NCBI GenBank assembly: GCA_005887735.1
Contig: VBII01000094.1
Location: 1 to 39,919 of the forward strand
DNA: 39,919 bases
Source of the DNA: Chloroflexota bacterium
GTDB lineage: Bacteria > Chloroflexota > Dormibacteria > Dormibacterales > Dormibacteraceae
Reading direction: 5' to 3'
A program made the translations under genes and the position numbers. Position 1 is the first letter of the stretch. Each line of letters opens with the position of its first letter. The notes under the pieces are model-generated. The model made no database searches, was not told the origin of the DNA, and was given only the letters and a program-made list of their open reading frames with translations. Shown one piece after another: positions 23,825-31,721 of this stretch.

Positions 23825-26385
23825 GGACACAGGCGGCAGCGGCGGCGCTCGGGTCGAGACTCGAATCTCCCGGTCCTGACGCCTTCGGCCACCCGGCTGC
23901 CCTCGACCTCGGCGTCGCGCACGATCGCGCCGACCCCTTCGACGTGCACCGATTCGCCCGACGCCAGGTACACGACCTCGAGCTCGAGCCGATCGAGCTG
24001 CAGCGCGTCGGTCGCGCCGAGCGCATACAGCGCCACCTGCAGGTCCCGCCGGCGGCGTGCGATGGGCCGGCCGCTCTTGTAGTCGATGATCCGCCAACCT
24101 CCGTCGGTGCGATCGATGCGGTCGATGACGCCGCGCAGGTTCCATCCGTCGACCGCGATGTCAAATGGCTGCTCGAGGTAGGCCGGAACGGGATCGAATC
24201 CGCCCCGAACGCGATACGCCTCCAGCTCCGCTGCCCCGTTGCGTTTGAAGGCGGGCGCCCGGCGTGGATCTGGAAATGACGTTTCGTTCCAGACCGCTTC
24301 ATTAATCGAACTGAGGCGAGATGCGCTGATCGCCTCGCCCTGCTTTCGCAGCTCACCTGCCCGCCGCAGGACCTCGTGCAGGATGACCCCGTGCACCGCC
24401 TCGGCGCTCTGGACGACCGGCAGACGCTCGACATGGCGGTACCAGTACTGCCGCGGGCAATCCTGGTACGCGCTGATCGCGCTGTAGGAGAGGTGGACGT
24501 CGCCGCCGTGACCGTTGACGGCGGGCGGCTCAGGCGGCGCTGCCGCCGCAGCGACCTGGGTCTCAGCCACCACGCGAGGCCCCGCCTCGCGCACCTCGTT
24601 GAGGAAGCGGCTTTCCCTCCAACGCCGGCCTCCCTCGTAATGCGTGGCGCGGGTGAGATAGAGGCGCCGCCGAGCACGGGTCATCGCCACGTAGAGAAGC
24701 CGACGCTCTTCTGCGATCACGTCCTCGCGGCCGCGGACAAGCGGCTCGAGCACGGCCGGCGGCAGCTCGAACCGCGGCGAGCGCGAAGACTGCGGCAGAC
24801 GCCCTTCGACGAGCGCCGGCACGAACACCGCCTCGAACTCGAGGCCCTTGGACTGATGGATCGTCATCACCTGGATCGCGTCGGCTGACTCGACCTGCGC
24901 CGGCGCTTGGTCCTCGCCCGAAAGCAGCACGAGATCGAGACGCCGCATGAAGGCGTCGAGCGAGTGGTCGGTTGAGGTTTCGCAGAACTCGCCGATGTTT
25001 TCCGCAAACCGGCTCACGTTGGCCGTCGCGCCCGGCAGCTCTCCGGCGTAGCCCGATTGTTCCATCAGCTCGAAAAAGAGATCGCGCACATCGAGCTGCT
25101 TGGCCGCCACCGCGAAGCGCTCGAGCAAAGGCTGCATCGCGGCAGCCGCGGGTCGGGCGAGGGCGACCAGGTCGCCGGGATCCCGAATCACACGCAGCAT
25201 TGCGATCAGGTCTTTGATCTCCGGCTGGTCGTGGAAACCGTGGCCTCCGATCACGACGTGAGGTAGGCCCTGCGCCGCAAGGGCCGCGGCGATCGGCCTT
25301 GCGATCGCATTGGTTCGGCACAAGACCGCTATCGAGGAGAGCGAGATCCCGGCATTCACGAGGCAGTCCGCCTCACACGCGATCGCCGACGCTTCCGAGT
25401 TCGCGTCGGCACACTCCCACATCTGCACCTCCGGTCCGCTTTGCGTGGCGCGCAGCTGTTTGGTCAGCCGGTCCGGGTTGCCGTCGATCAGCGCGGCCGC
25501 CGCGGAGACGATGCGTCGCGAGCTCCTCCGATTTCGCCCGAGGGTGATCGTGCGCGCGGCCGGGAAGCTGTGGACGAATCGCTCGAGACTGGCGCGGGAC
25601 GCGCCCCGGAAACGGTAGATGGACTGGTCGTCGTCACCGACCACGAACGGATCGGCGCCGCGGGCGATCAGCTCGACGAGCCGCTCCTGGGTCAGGTTCA
25701 GGTCCTGGTATTCGTCGACGAGCACGTGCGGATATCGGTTGGCGTAGCGGCGCAGCACGGCGGGATTCCTTTCGAAGAGCCTGACCGTCAAGAGGAGAAG
25801 GTCGTCGAAGTCCAGAAGCCGCTGTTTCCGGCACTCCTTCTCGTAGGCGCGGAACAGCCTGACGCACGCGCCCATCAGGGATGCTCGCTCGGGGTCGTCA
25901 GCCGAGGCGGCCCAGGCCGCCAGCCGCTCGATCCCCACGAGCTCCTGCTTCATGCGCTCGAACATCTGCAGGACCGGCGCGACCAGGTCGTCGGGCCGCT
26001 CGTCGCCGGTCAAAGCAGCATCGCCGATGTCCCACATCAGCTCGCGGGCGAGGATCCAGCGGTCGGCGCCGGTCACGATGCGGAATCCGGAAGGCACGCC
26101 GATCGCCATGCCGTCCTCTCGGAGCCAGCTCAGCGCGATCGAGTGAAAGGTGCCCACCGCGGGCGCCGGCGCTTCGATGAGAGCTTCGATGCGTTCGCGC
26201 ATCTCCCGGGCGGCGCGTTCGGTGAACGTCATGACGAGGATCGCGTCCGTCGACACCCCCCGGGCGACCAGGCGCCGGAAGCGCTCCGCGATGACGGCCG
26301 TCTTGCCAGTGCCGGCGCCCGCCACCACCCGGACCGGCCCGCCACCCAGCGCGGCCGCCTTCTGCTGCTCGAGGCCCAGTCTCAA
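23794..26385 (-). CDS. UvrD/PcrA-type helicase fused to a Cas4/AddB-like PD-(D/E)XK nuclease with a four-Cys cluster
   Basis: Helicase motifs: 'AGAGTGKT', 'TFTERAAREM', 'LVDEYQD', 'VGDDDQSIYRFRGA', 'TIHQSKGLEFEAVFV', 'LLYVAMTRARRRL'. Nuclease motifs: 'YQDCPRQYW', 'IDRIDR...RIIDYKSG', 'QVALYALG', 'CRLCPYRLAC'. The TTG start overlaps the DUF721 stop. Confidence 0.85.
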   Translation of the reverse strand: MRLGLEQQKAAALGGGPVRVVAGAGTGKTAVIAERFRRLVARGVSTDAILVMTFTERAAREMRERIEALIEAPAPAVGTFHSIALSWLREDGMAIGVPSGFRIVTGADRWILARELMWDIGDAALTGDERPDDLVAPVLQMFERMKQELVGIERLAAWAASADDPERASLMGACVRLFRAYEKECRKQRLLDFDDLLLLTVRLFERNPAVLRRYANRYPHVLVDEYQDLNLTQERLVELIARGADPFVVGDDDQSIYRFRGASRASLERFVHSFPAARTITLGRNRRSSRRIVSAAAALIDGNPDRLTKQLRATQSGPEVQMWECADANSEASAIACEADCLVNAGISLSSIAVLCRTNAIARPIAAALAAQGLPHVVIGGHGFHDQPEIKDLIAMLRVIRDPGDLVALARPAAAAMQPLLERFAVAAKQLDVRDLFFELMEQSGYAGELPGATANVSRFAENIGEFCETSTDHSLDAFMRRLDLVLLSGEDQAPAQVESADAIQVMTIHQSKGLEFEAVFVPALVEGRLPQSSRSPRFELPPAVLEPLVRGREDVIAEERRLLYVAMTRARRRLYLTRATHYEGGRRWRESRFLNEVREAGPRVVAETQVAAAAAPPEPPAVNGHGGDVHLSYSAISAYQDCPRQYWYRHVERLPVVQSAEAVHGVILHEVLRRAGELRKQGEAISASRLSSINEAVWNETSFPDPRRAPAFKRNGAAELEAYRVRGGFDPVPAYLEQPFDIAVDGWNLRGVIDRIDRTDGGWRIIDYKSGRPIARRRRDLQVALYALGATDALQLDRLELEVVYLASGESVHVEGVGAIVRDAEVEGSRVAEGVRTGRFESRPERRRCRLCPYRLACTDAL

Positions 26386-26678
26386 GAAGGCGTCGAACGG
26401 CCGATGCGCACGCGCAGCGTCCGCACCTTGCGGCCGAGGTCCGGCCGGTTGAGCCGCGCGAGGATCGTCTCAGCGTCCAGCCTCAGCTGGTGGGCGAGCG
26501 CGGGGCTGGAAGTGGTCACGAGAAGGGTGCCTGAGCGAAGCTCGACCTCATCGCACAATCGGGCGACGTCAGGGCCGAGCAGGACGCGAAATGCGACCGC
26601 CACCTGGCCGCCCAAAAGACGGGCCCCGCCGGGCTGGCGGCGCATCACGCGCGGGAGAATATTGCCCAACTTATCCAC
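26382..26678 (-). CDS. DUF721 / DciA-family protein
   Basis: A 98-aa basic protein, 'LGNILPRVMRR...SGTLLVTTSSPALAHQLRLDAETILARLN', in the conserved position directly after recF. Confidence 0.7.
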   Translation of the reverse strand: MDKLGNILPRVMRRQPGGARLLGGQVAVAFRVLLGPDVARLCDEVELRSGTLLVTTSSPALAHQLRLDAETILARLNRPDLGRKVRTLRVRIGRSTPS

Positions 26679-27756
26679 AGGCTTCGATTTTTCCCCCGCT
26701 GACGGTCCAGACCATGGCTTTGGCGATCAGATCAGGCGGAAACGGGCCGGCTTCGACCGATGTGATGATCACCTGGCCGCCCGCCGCGACCTCGGCCATA
26801 AGCGCCGCCCGACGCTCGCCGTCCAGCTCCGAAAGCACGTCGTCCAGCAAGAGCACCGGCCGCTCACCCGTTCGAGCGTGAATGAGGGCCGCCTCGGCCA
26901 GCTTCAGGCTGACCACGGCGGTCCGCTGCTGACCCTGCGAACCGTAGGAGCGGGCCTCGCGCCCATCGAGCAGCACGACGAGGTCGTCTCGGTGTGGGCC
27001 GATGCTGGTCGAGCCGCGGCGCAGGTCTTCCGCCAGGGAGTTATTCACAGCTTCGGCCAGGTTATCCGGAGGCCCCTCGTAGCGGATTTCCAGGCTTTCG
27101 CCGGTCGCAATTTCGGTGTGGCACCTGGCCGCTTCCGGCGCCAGCTGGAGGACCGCCTTGGCCCGCGCGGCAGCGATCTCCGATCCCACCAGGACGAGCT
27201 CCTGGTTCCATGCGTCCAGCATGTCGGCGCCACCCTGGCCGGCCGCGATCTGCTTGAGCAGGCTGTTGCGCTGCTCGAGCACACGGCGAAGGCCGGCGAG
27301 CGCGCGGGCGTATCCGGGCTCGACCTGGACGAGCATCTGGTTGAGGAAGCGCCTGCGAAGTTCTGGTCCCGCCTTGATGAGGCCCAGGTCGTCCGGCCAG
27401 AAGAGGGCGACCCTGAAATGTCCGGGCAGGTCGACCGCGCGCCGCCGAGCACCATCGACTTCGATGACGCGGCGAGTTCGCTCGCCTTCGACCGCCAGCG
27501 TTATCGCGACCTCGCGCGTGGTCGAGCCGGTTTCGACTTCCGCCTCGATCCGCGAGCCAGGACCGATCGGTCCGACCAGCTCCGACTCGCGGCGAGATCG
27601 CGGCGATGCCGACAGGGCAAGCATCGCGACCGCTTCCAGAAGGTTTGTCTTGCCCTGCCCGTTGGCGCCTATGAACACGTTGAGGCTCGGTCCCGGTGCG
27701 AGGTCGAGCTGAGCGTAGTTGCGGTGGTTCTTGAGCTGGAGCCGGCGAAGGCGCAC
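26671..27756 (-). CDS. recF: DNA replication and repair protein RecF
   Basis: Walker A 'GANGQGKTNLLEA', signature 'SQGQQRT' and Walker B 'LLLDDVLSELD'. Length 361 aa. Confidence 0.92.
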   Translation of the reverse strand: MRLRRLQLKNHRNYAQLDLAPGPSLNVFIGANGQGKTNLLEAVAMLALSASPRSRRESELVGPIGPGSRIEAEVETGSTTREVAITLAVEGERTRRVIEVDGARRRAVDLPGHFRVALFWPDDLGLIKAGPELRRRFLNQMLVQVEPGYARALAGLRRVLEQRNSLLKQIAAGQGGADMLDAWNQELVLVGSEIAAARAKAVLQLAPEAARCHTEIATGESLEIRYEGPPDNLAEAVNNSLAEDLRRGSTSIGPHRDDLVVLLDGREARSYGSQGQQRTAVVSLKLAEAALIHARTGERPVLLLDDVLSELDGERRAALMAEVAAGGQVIITSVEAGPFPPDLIAKAMVWTVSGGKIEACG

Positions 27757-27768
27757 TTGACCGTGCGC

Positions 27769-28914
27769 TCAGGACATCGCCACCCGCACGGGCATGATCA
27801 CGTAGAGGTAGTGCTCCTTGCCCGGCGGTCGCATGAGCCCCGGGCTGAGGGGTCCGTCGAACAGCAGCTCGACCTCGTCCTCTCCGATCACACCGAGGGC
27901 GTCCAGGACGTAGCGGGCATTGAACGCGATCTGGATGTCAGAACCGTCGACGTCGGCCGACATCTCGGCCTTGCTGTCGCCCACCTCGTTGGTGGTCGCC
28001 GAAAGGACCAGTGCCCCCGACTGCGCCTTGACCCGGATGACGTTGGCGCTGTCACGGGCGAAGAGCGAAACGGCGCGAACCGTCTGGGTGAGCTCGCTGG
28101 TCGAAACCTTGACCTTGGTCGAGCTCTTGCTGGGGATAACCTGTGCGTAGTTGGGATACTTTCCGTCGATCAGCCTGGAGGTCAGCTCCGAGCTGCCGGC
28201 CCGGAAGAAGACCTGGTTGCGGGCTTTGGAGATGATCACCTCGACCTTGCCCGGCTCTCCCTTGAGCACCCTCGACAGCTCAGCCAGCGCGCGCGCCGGC
28301 ACGATCAGGCTCGCCTCGAGGTCGGTTGAGCCCGCCGCCGCAAGCTTCCGCACCGCCAGGCGGTGGCCATCCGTCGCGGCCAGGGTCAGGTTGCCGCCCT
28401 GGACCTGGACCAGCACGCCGGTCAGGACGGGGCGGGCCTCGTCGGTCGATGCCGCCATCTGCGTCTGCTCGACCGCACTCACGAGGTCGTCCAGCGCAAC
28501 CTCGAGCCGGTCGCCTTCATCGGGCCGCGGGCCGGGCGGGAACTCCTCGGCCTCGATGCACTTGATGTGAGTGTCGAAGCGAGCGCACCGGAGGGCCAGA
28601 GACTGGGTGGCAGGGTCCAGCGTCAGCTCCAGGTCGTCGTCGGGCAGAGTGCCGACGAAGTCGGTGAGCAGCCGGGCCGGCGCGGTGGTCGAGCCTTCGA
28701 CTGAGACTTCCGCGGGGACGAGCTTCCGGATGCCAATCTCGAGGTTGGTGGCTGTCAACGCCAGGCCATCCGCCGTCGTCTCGATGAGGATGTTGTTCAG
28801 GATCGGCAGGGTGGTCCGGCTCGAGATGGCGCGGGACACGACCTGCAGCGCTTGACCCAGGACCGCAGGCCTGCAGGTGACCTTCATTTGAGCAGTCAGA
28901 ACTTTGGCATTCAC
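27769..28914 (-). CDS. dnaN: DNA polymerase III beta sliding clamp
   Basis: 'TTLPILNNILIE', 'LTATNLEIGI', 'ATDGHRLA' and 'MPVR' at the C-terminus, in the position after dnaA. The start is GTG 28914 or ATG 28887. Confidence 0.92.
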   Translation of the reverse strand: MNAKVLTAQMKVTCRPAVLGQALQVVSRAISSRTTLPILNNILIETTADGLALTATNLEIGIRKLVPAEVSVEGSTTAPARLLTDFVGTLPDDDLELTLDPATQSLALRCARFDTHIKCIEAEEFPPGPRPDEGDRLEVALDDLVSAVEQTQMAASTDEARPVLTGVLVQVQGGNLTLAATDGHRLAVRKLAAAGSTDLEASLIVPARALAELSRVLKGEPGKVEVIISKARNQVFFRAGSSELTSRLIDGKYPNYAQVIPSKSSTKVKVSTSELTQTVRAVSLFARDSANVIRVKAQSGALVLSATTNEVGDSKAEMSADVDGSDIQIAFNARYVLDALGVIGEDEVELLFDGPLSPGLMRPPGKEHYLYVIMPVRVAMS

Positions 28915-29152
28915 GACAGTTGTCCCCCGTTGAAAGAAATTCTTTTAATTGAAATCATCCGTAACCGATAACAGTAGGCGCTGTGCAGAGTGTGGATGTC
29001 GAGATCATTTACAGATCGAAATGATCCGGGGATAAGGTCTGCGTAATCGTAGAGGGGACTGCTCGAAGCTGTTGATTCGCTGGGGAGGAATTGGCCGCCC
29101 GCGGTCCATCCCACCCGCGTCCCAGGCCGGTTCTCAAAAGCTGTGGAGATGC
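28915..29152. other. dnaA-dnaN spacer: candidate oriC unwinding module (AT-rich tract, DnaA-box-like sites, GATC-rich inverted repeat)
   Basis: AT-rich tract 28930-28957 'ttgaaagaaattcttttaattgaaatca'. TGTGGATGT at 28991-28999. TTATCCCC (reverse) at 29028-29035. CTGTGGA at 29141-29147. Inverted repeat GATCATTT/AAATGATC at 29003-29026. Confidence 0.55.
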
Positions 29153-30465
29153 TCACTGGACGTAGAGCTTTTCGCGAATGGCCTGGACCTCGTAGCGCAG
29201 ACGTTCGTCTTCCTTCAGCTCGTTGGCGATCTTTTCAATCGAGTGCAGCGCGGTGGTGTGGTCGCGACCACCGAAAGCCTTGCCGATGGCAGGAAGTGAC
29301 GATGGCGTCTCCTCGCGCACCAAGAACATTGCTACCTGGCGCGGAAAGACTATGTGCTTGTCGCGCCGCTTGCTTTTCATGTCTTCGAGCGTGACGTTGT
29401 AGTAGTCGGCGACCAGGGTCTGGATCCGCTCGACGTTGATGGGCTTGCGTGTGCCGGCCGGCATGATGTCAGAGAGTAGACGCGCCGCCTCGTCCTCGTC
29501 GACCTGGCGCTGATGCACCGCGGCAAAAGCCTGGACGCGAGTCAGCGCACCCTCGAGCTCGCGGATGTTGCGCTGGACTTTGTGCGCGATGAAGCTCAGC
29601 ACCTCTTCGGGGATGAGGCTGCCGTTGGTGCCCAGCTTGGAGTGGAGAATGGCGAGTCGCGTCTCGAAGTCCGGGGGTTGGATGTCAGCGATCAAGCCCC
29701 ACTCGAACCTCGAACGCAGGCGATCCTCCAGGGTCGGGATCTCCTTGGGCGGGCGGTCTGACGAGATGACGATCTGTTTGTTGATCTCGTGCAGCGCATT
29801 GAAGGTGTGGAAGAACTCTTCCTTGGTGCGGTCCTTGCCCGCGAGAAACTGCACGTCGTCGATCAGGAGCACGTCGACCGTCCGATATTTGTTGCGGAAC
29901 TCCCCCATCCGTGCCGTGGCGATCGAGCTGATCACCTCGTTGGTGAACTGCTCGGAGGTCAGATACACGACCCGCTTGCGCGGAAAGCGGTCATGGACTT
30001 CGTGTCCGATGGCGTGCATAAGGTGGGTCTTGCCCAGCCCCACTCCCCCGTAGAGGAAAAGTGGGTTGTAGCTGTCACCTGGCGCCTCCGCGACAGCTTT
30101 CGCGGCGGCGTGAGCGAACTGCGAGTTGTGACCGACCACGAAGGATGAGAATCGAAAGCGCGCGTTGAGCTCTGACGGCGCCACGACCGTGGGCTCAGCG
30201 ACTGCCTCGACGCCGTTCTCGTGACCGTTGTCGGCGCGGCGATCGTCGTCGAACAAGGTGTGCGCGGGGCGGTGTCCGGAAGGTGCGATCACAAAATCGA
30301 TGTCGACTTCGGCGCCCGTAACTGCCTGCTCGGCACTCCGATCCGGAAAGTCCCTCCGTCCGCCGAGACGACGGAGGTGTTCTTGAGCCACATGTCGTAG
30401 GTTCGCTTGGCCAGTTGAAACCGCAGCTCCTCTTGCACCTGCGACCAGATCTGGTCCTGGTTCAC
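29153..30465 (-). CDS. dnaA: chromosomal replication initiator DnaA, N-terminal domain I in a different frame from the rest (frame change near 30328)
   Basis: Main ORF: 'LFLYGGVGLGKTHL', 'LLIDDVQFL', 'FHTFNAL', 'IVISSDRPP', 'RFEWGL', 'NIRELEGAL', 'PRQVAMFL', 'IGKAFGGRDHTTALH'. Domain I, 'VNQDQIWSQVQEELRFQLAKRTYDMWLKNT...TFRIGVPS', starts at GTG 30465 behind AAAGGAGG. That frame stops at 30291-30289. Confidence 0.9.
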
Positions 30466-30494
30466 CCCACCACCTCCTTTAGACCGGGATACGG

Positions 30495-30930
30495 CCTGTG
30501 GATCGGCGGCATTTGGCCTGTGGAGCGCAAGAGCGCCCCGTCTGCAAATCCTGTGGACAACCGGGGGTCAACCGTTCCGTTTTCGGTGATCCCGCGCACG
30601 CCAGGACGGCGACCATAAGATCGCTTTCCGGGCGACCGCGGATTCAACCGAAGCTCCTCGAGCATGAGCTCCGCCTCCTTGGTGCCTGTGGAAAAGAACG
30701 GACCGGATTTCCACAGGCTGGCGGCCCCGACCTGTCCGAAATCCCCTATCCGGTCGTCCCCGAAATATGGAAGCGGAGTTGTACGACTAAGTGTTGCTTA
30801 CCATGTAACGATTAGTGAGACCCTATGCTGGATTTTGTACTGGGTTGTGAAATCGACGCATTGGCCCGGCTACTTCCGGGGCGGGACTATAACACCGGCC
30901 TGTGGATACCGCAAGGCCGTATTCCACATG
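30495..30930. other. DnaA-box cluster between rpmH and dnaA (oriC / dnaA promoter region)
   Basis: CCTGTGGA occurs at 30495, 30517, 30550, 30685 and 30899, and in reverse at 30710-30717. A TATTCCACA box lies at 30920-30928. The region is less GC-rich and has no credible CDS. Confidence 0.7.
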
Positions 30931-30961
30931 ATGAAGTGATAGGGCCGGTATCACCAAGCGC

Positions 30962-31123
30962 GTGGTGGGCCTCCGCTACACTGGCTCGATCAAACGAACC
31001 TATCAACCGAAGAAAAGATACCGCCGGCGCGTGCATGGATTTCTGCGCCGCATGAGCACTCGTGGCGGGGCTCGCGTGCTCCGCAACCGCCGCCGCAAGG
31101 GCCGAGAGCGGCTGGCCTCCTAG
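30962..31123 (+). CDS. rpmH: 50S ribosomal protein L34
   Basis: Encodes '[43 protein letters not shown]'. The codon at the usual Met1 position is ATC (30989). The only canonical in-frame starts are GTG 30962 and 30965, which add 8-9 residues. Confidence 0.85.
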   Translation: MVGLRYTGSIKRTYQPKKRYRRRVHGFLRRMSTRGGARVLRNRRRKGRERLAS

Positions 31124-31140
31124 GCCGGGCCGTCGCGCCC

Positions 31141-31500
31141 GTGGACAGCCTTCGGCGGCTCCGCCGCCGATCTGATTTCCAGTCGGCGATCAAGGGCCGG
31201 CGCTTTCATTCCGGCCAGGCGCTGGTCGGCTTTGCGGTGCCGAGCGATGCTGCGCAGAGTCGGGTCGGCGTCACGGTGAGCCGCAAGATCCGCAGCGCAG
31301 TCGAGCGCAACCGGGCCCGCCGCCGCCTGCGGGAAGTTGCCCGGCTGCATCTGCTGGGACCTGGTTCGCCTCTGAGCCAGGTGGGAATACGATATGACGT
31401 GGTCCTGATCGCCCGCCCGGCGGCGCTCGAGGTGTCGTTCGCCGACTTGAAGGCGGAGGCTTCGCTGGCTGCGCTCAGGCTCTTCAAGACCAACCCATGA
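31141..31500 (+). CDS. rnpA: ribonuclease P protein component
   Basis: 'RLRRRSDFQ', '[24 protein letters not shown]' and 'YDVVLIARP', in the position after rpmH. GTG start. Confidence 0.9.
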   Translation: MDSLRRLRRRSDFQSAIKGRRFHSGQALVGFAVPSDAAQSRVGVTVSRKIRSAVERNRARRRLREVARLHLLGPGSPLSQVGIRYDVVLIARPAALEVSFADLKAEASLAALRLFKTNP

Positions 31501-31706
31501 CGAAGCTCTTCCTGCTGTTGATCCGCGGTTATCAGATGTCCCTGTCCAGGATCCTGCCCCCGTCCTGCCGCTACTACCCGTCGTGCTCGCACTACACGTA
31601 CGAGGCGATCGACAGGTATGGCTGGCTGAAGGGCGGCTGGATGGGGGCGGCTCGCATCGCTCGCTGCCACCCCTTTGCCCGGGGCGGCTACGACCCGGTG
31701 CCCTGA
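31497..31706 (+). CDS. yidD: membrane protein insertion efficiency factor YidD
   Basis: '[19 protein letters not shown]...[22 protein letters not shown]'. ATGA overlap with rnpA. Confidence 0.9.
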   Translation: MTKLFLLLIRGYQMSLSRILPPSCRYYPSCSHYTYEAIDRYGWLKGGWMGAARIARCHPFARGGYDPVP

Positions 31707-31721
31707 GCAGGAGTCAAAGCC

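Noticed and set aside
25441-28329. A very long ORF (962 aa) on the plus strand. Others of the same kind lie at 31206-32585, 20809-21978, 22460-23437, 23604-24677, 24563-25321, 37561-38367 and 18414-19034.
   Set aside because: All are Arg/Pro/Gly/Ala-rich with no recognisable motifs. Each lies antisense or out of frame to ORFs with clear family signatures (helicase, recF, dnaN, yidC, glycosyltransferases). This is the expected artefact of stop-codon-poor GC-rich DNA.
30415-31055. Listed ORFs of 67-105 aa between dnaA and rpmH (30415-30618, 30462-30665, 30498-30815, 30664-30939, 30825-31055).
   Set aside because: They overlap each other in several frames and have no family resemblance. They cover the DnaA-box cluster and the locally AT-richer origin region, so I treat them as non-coding.
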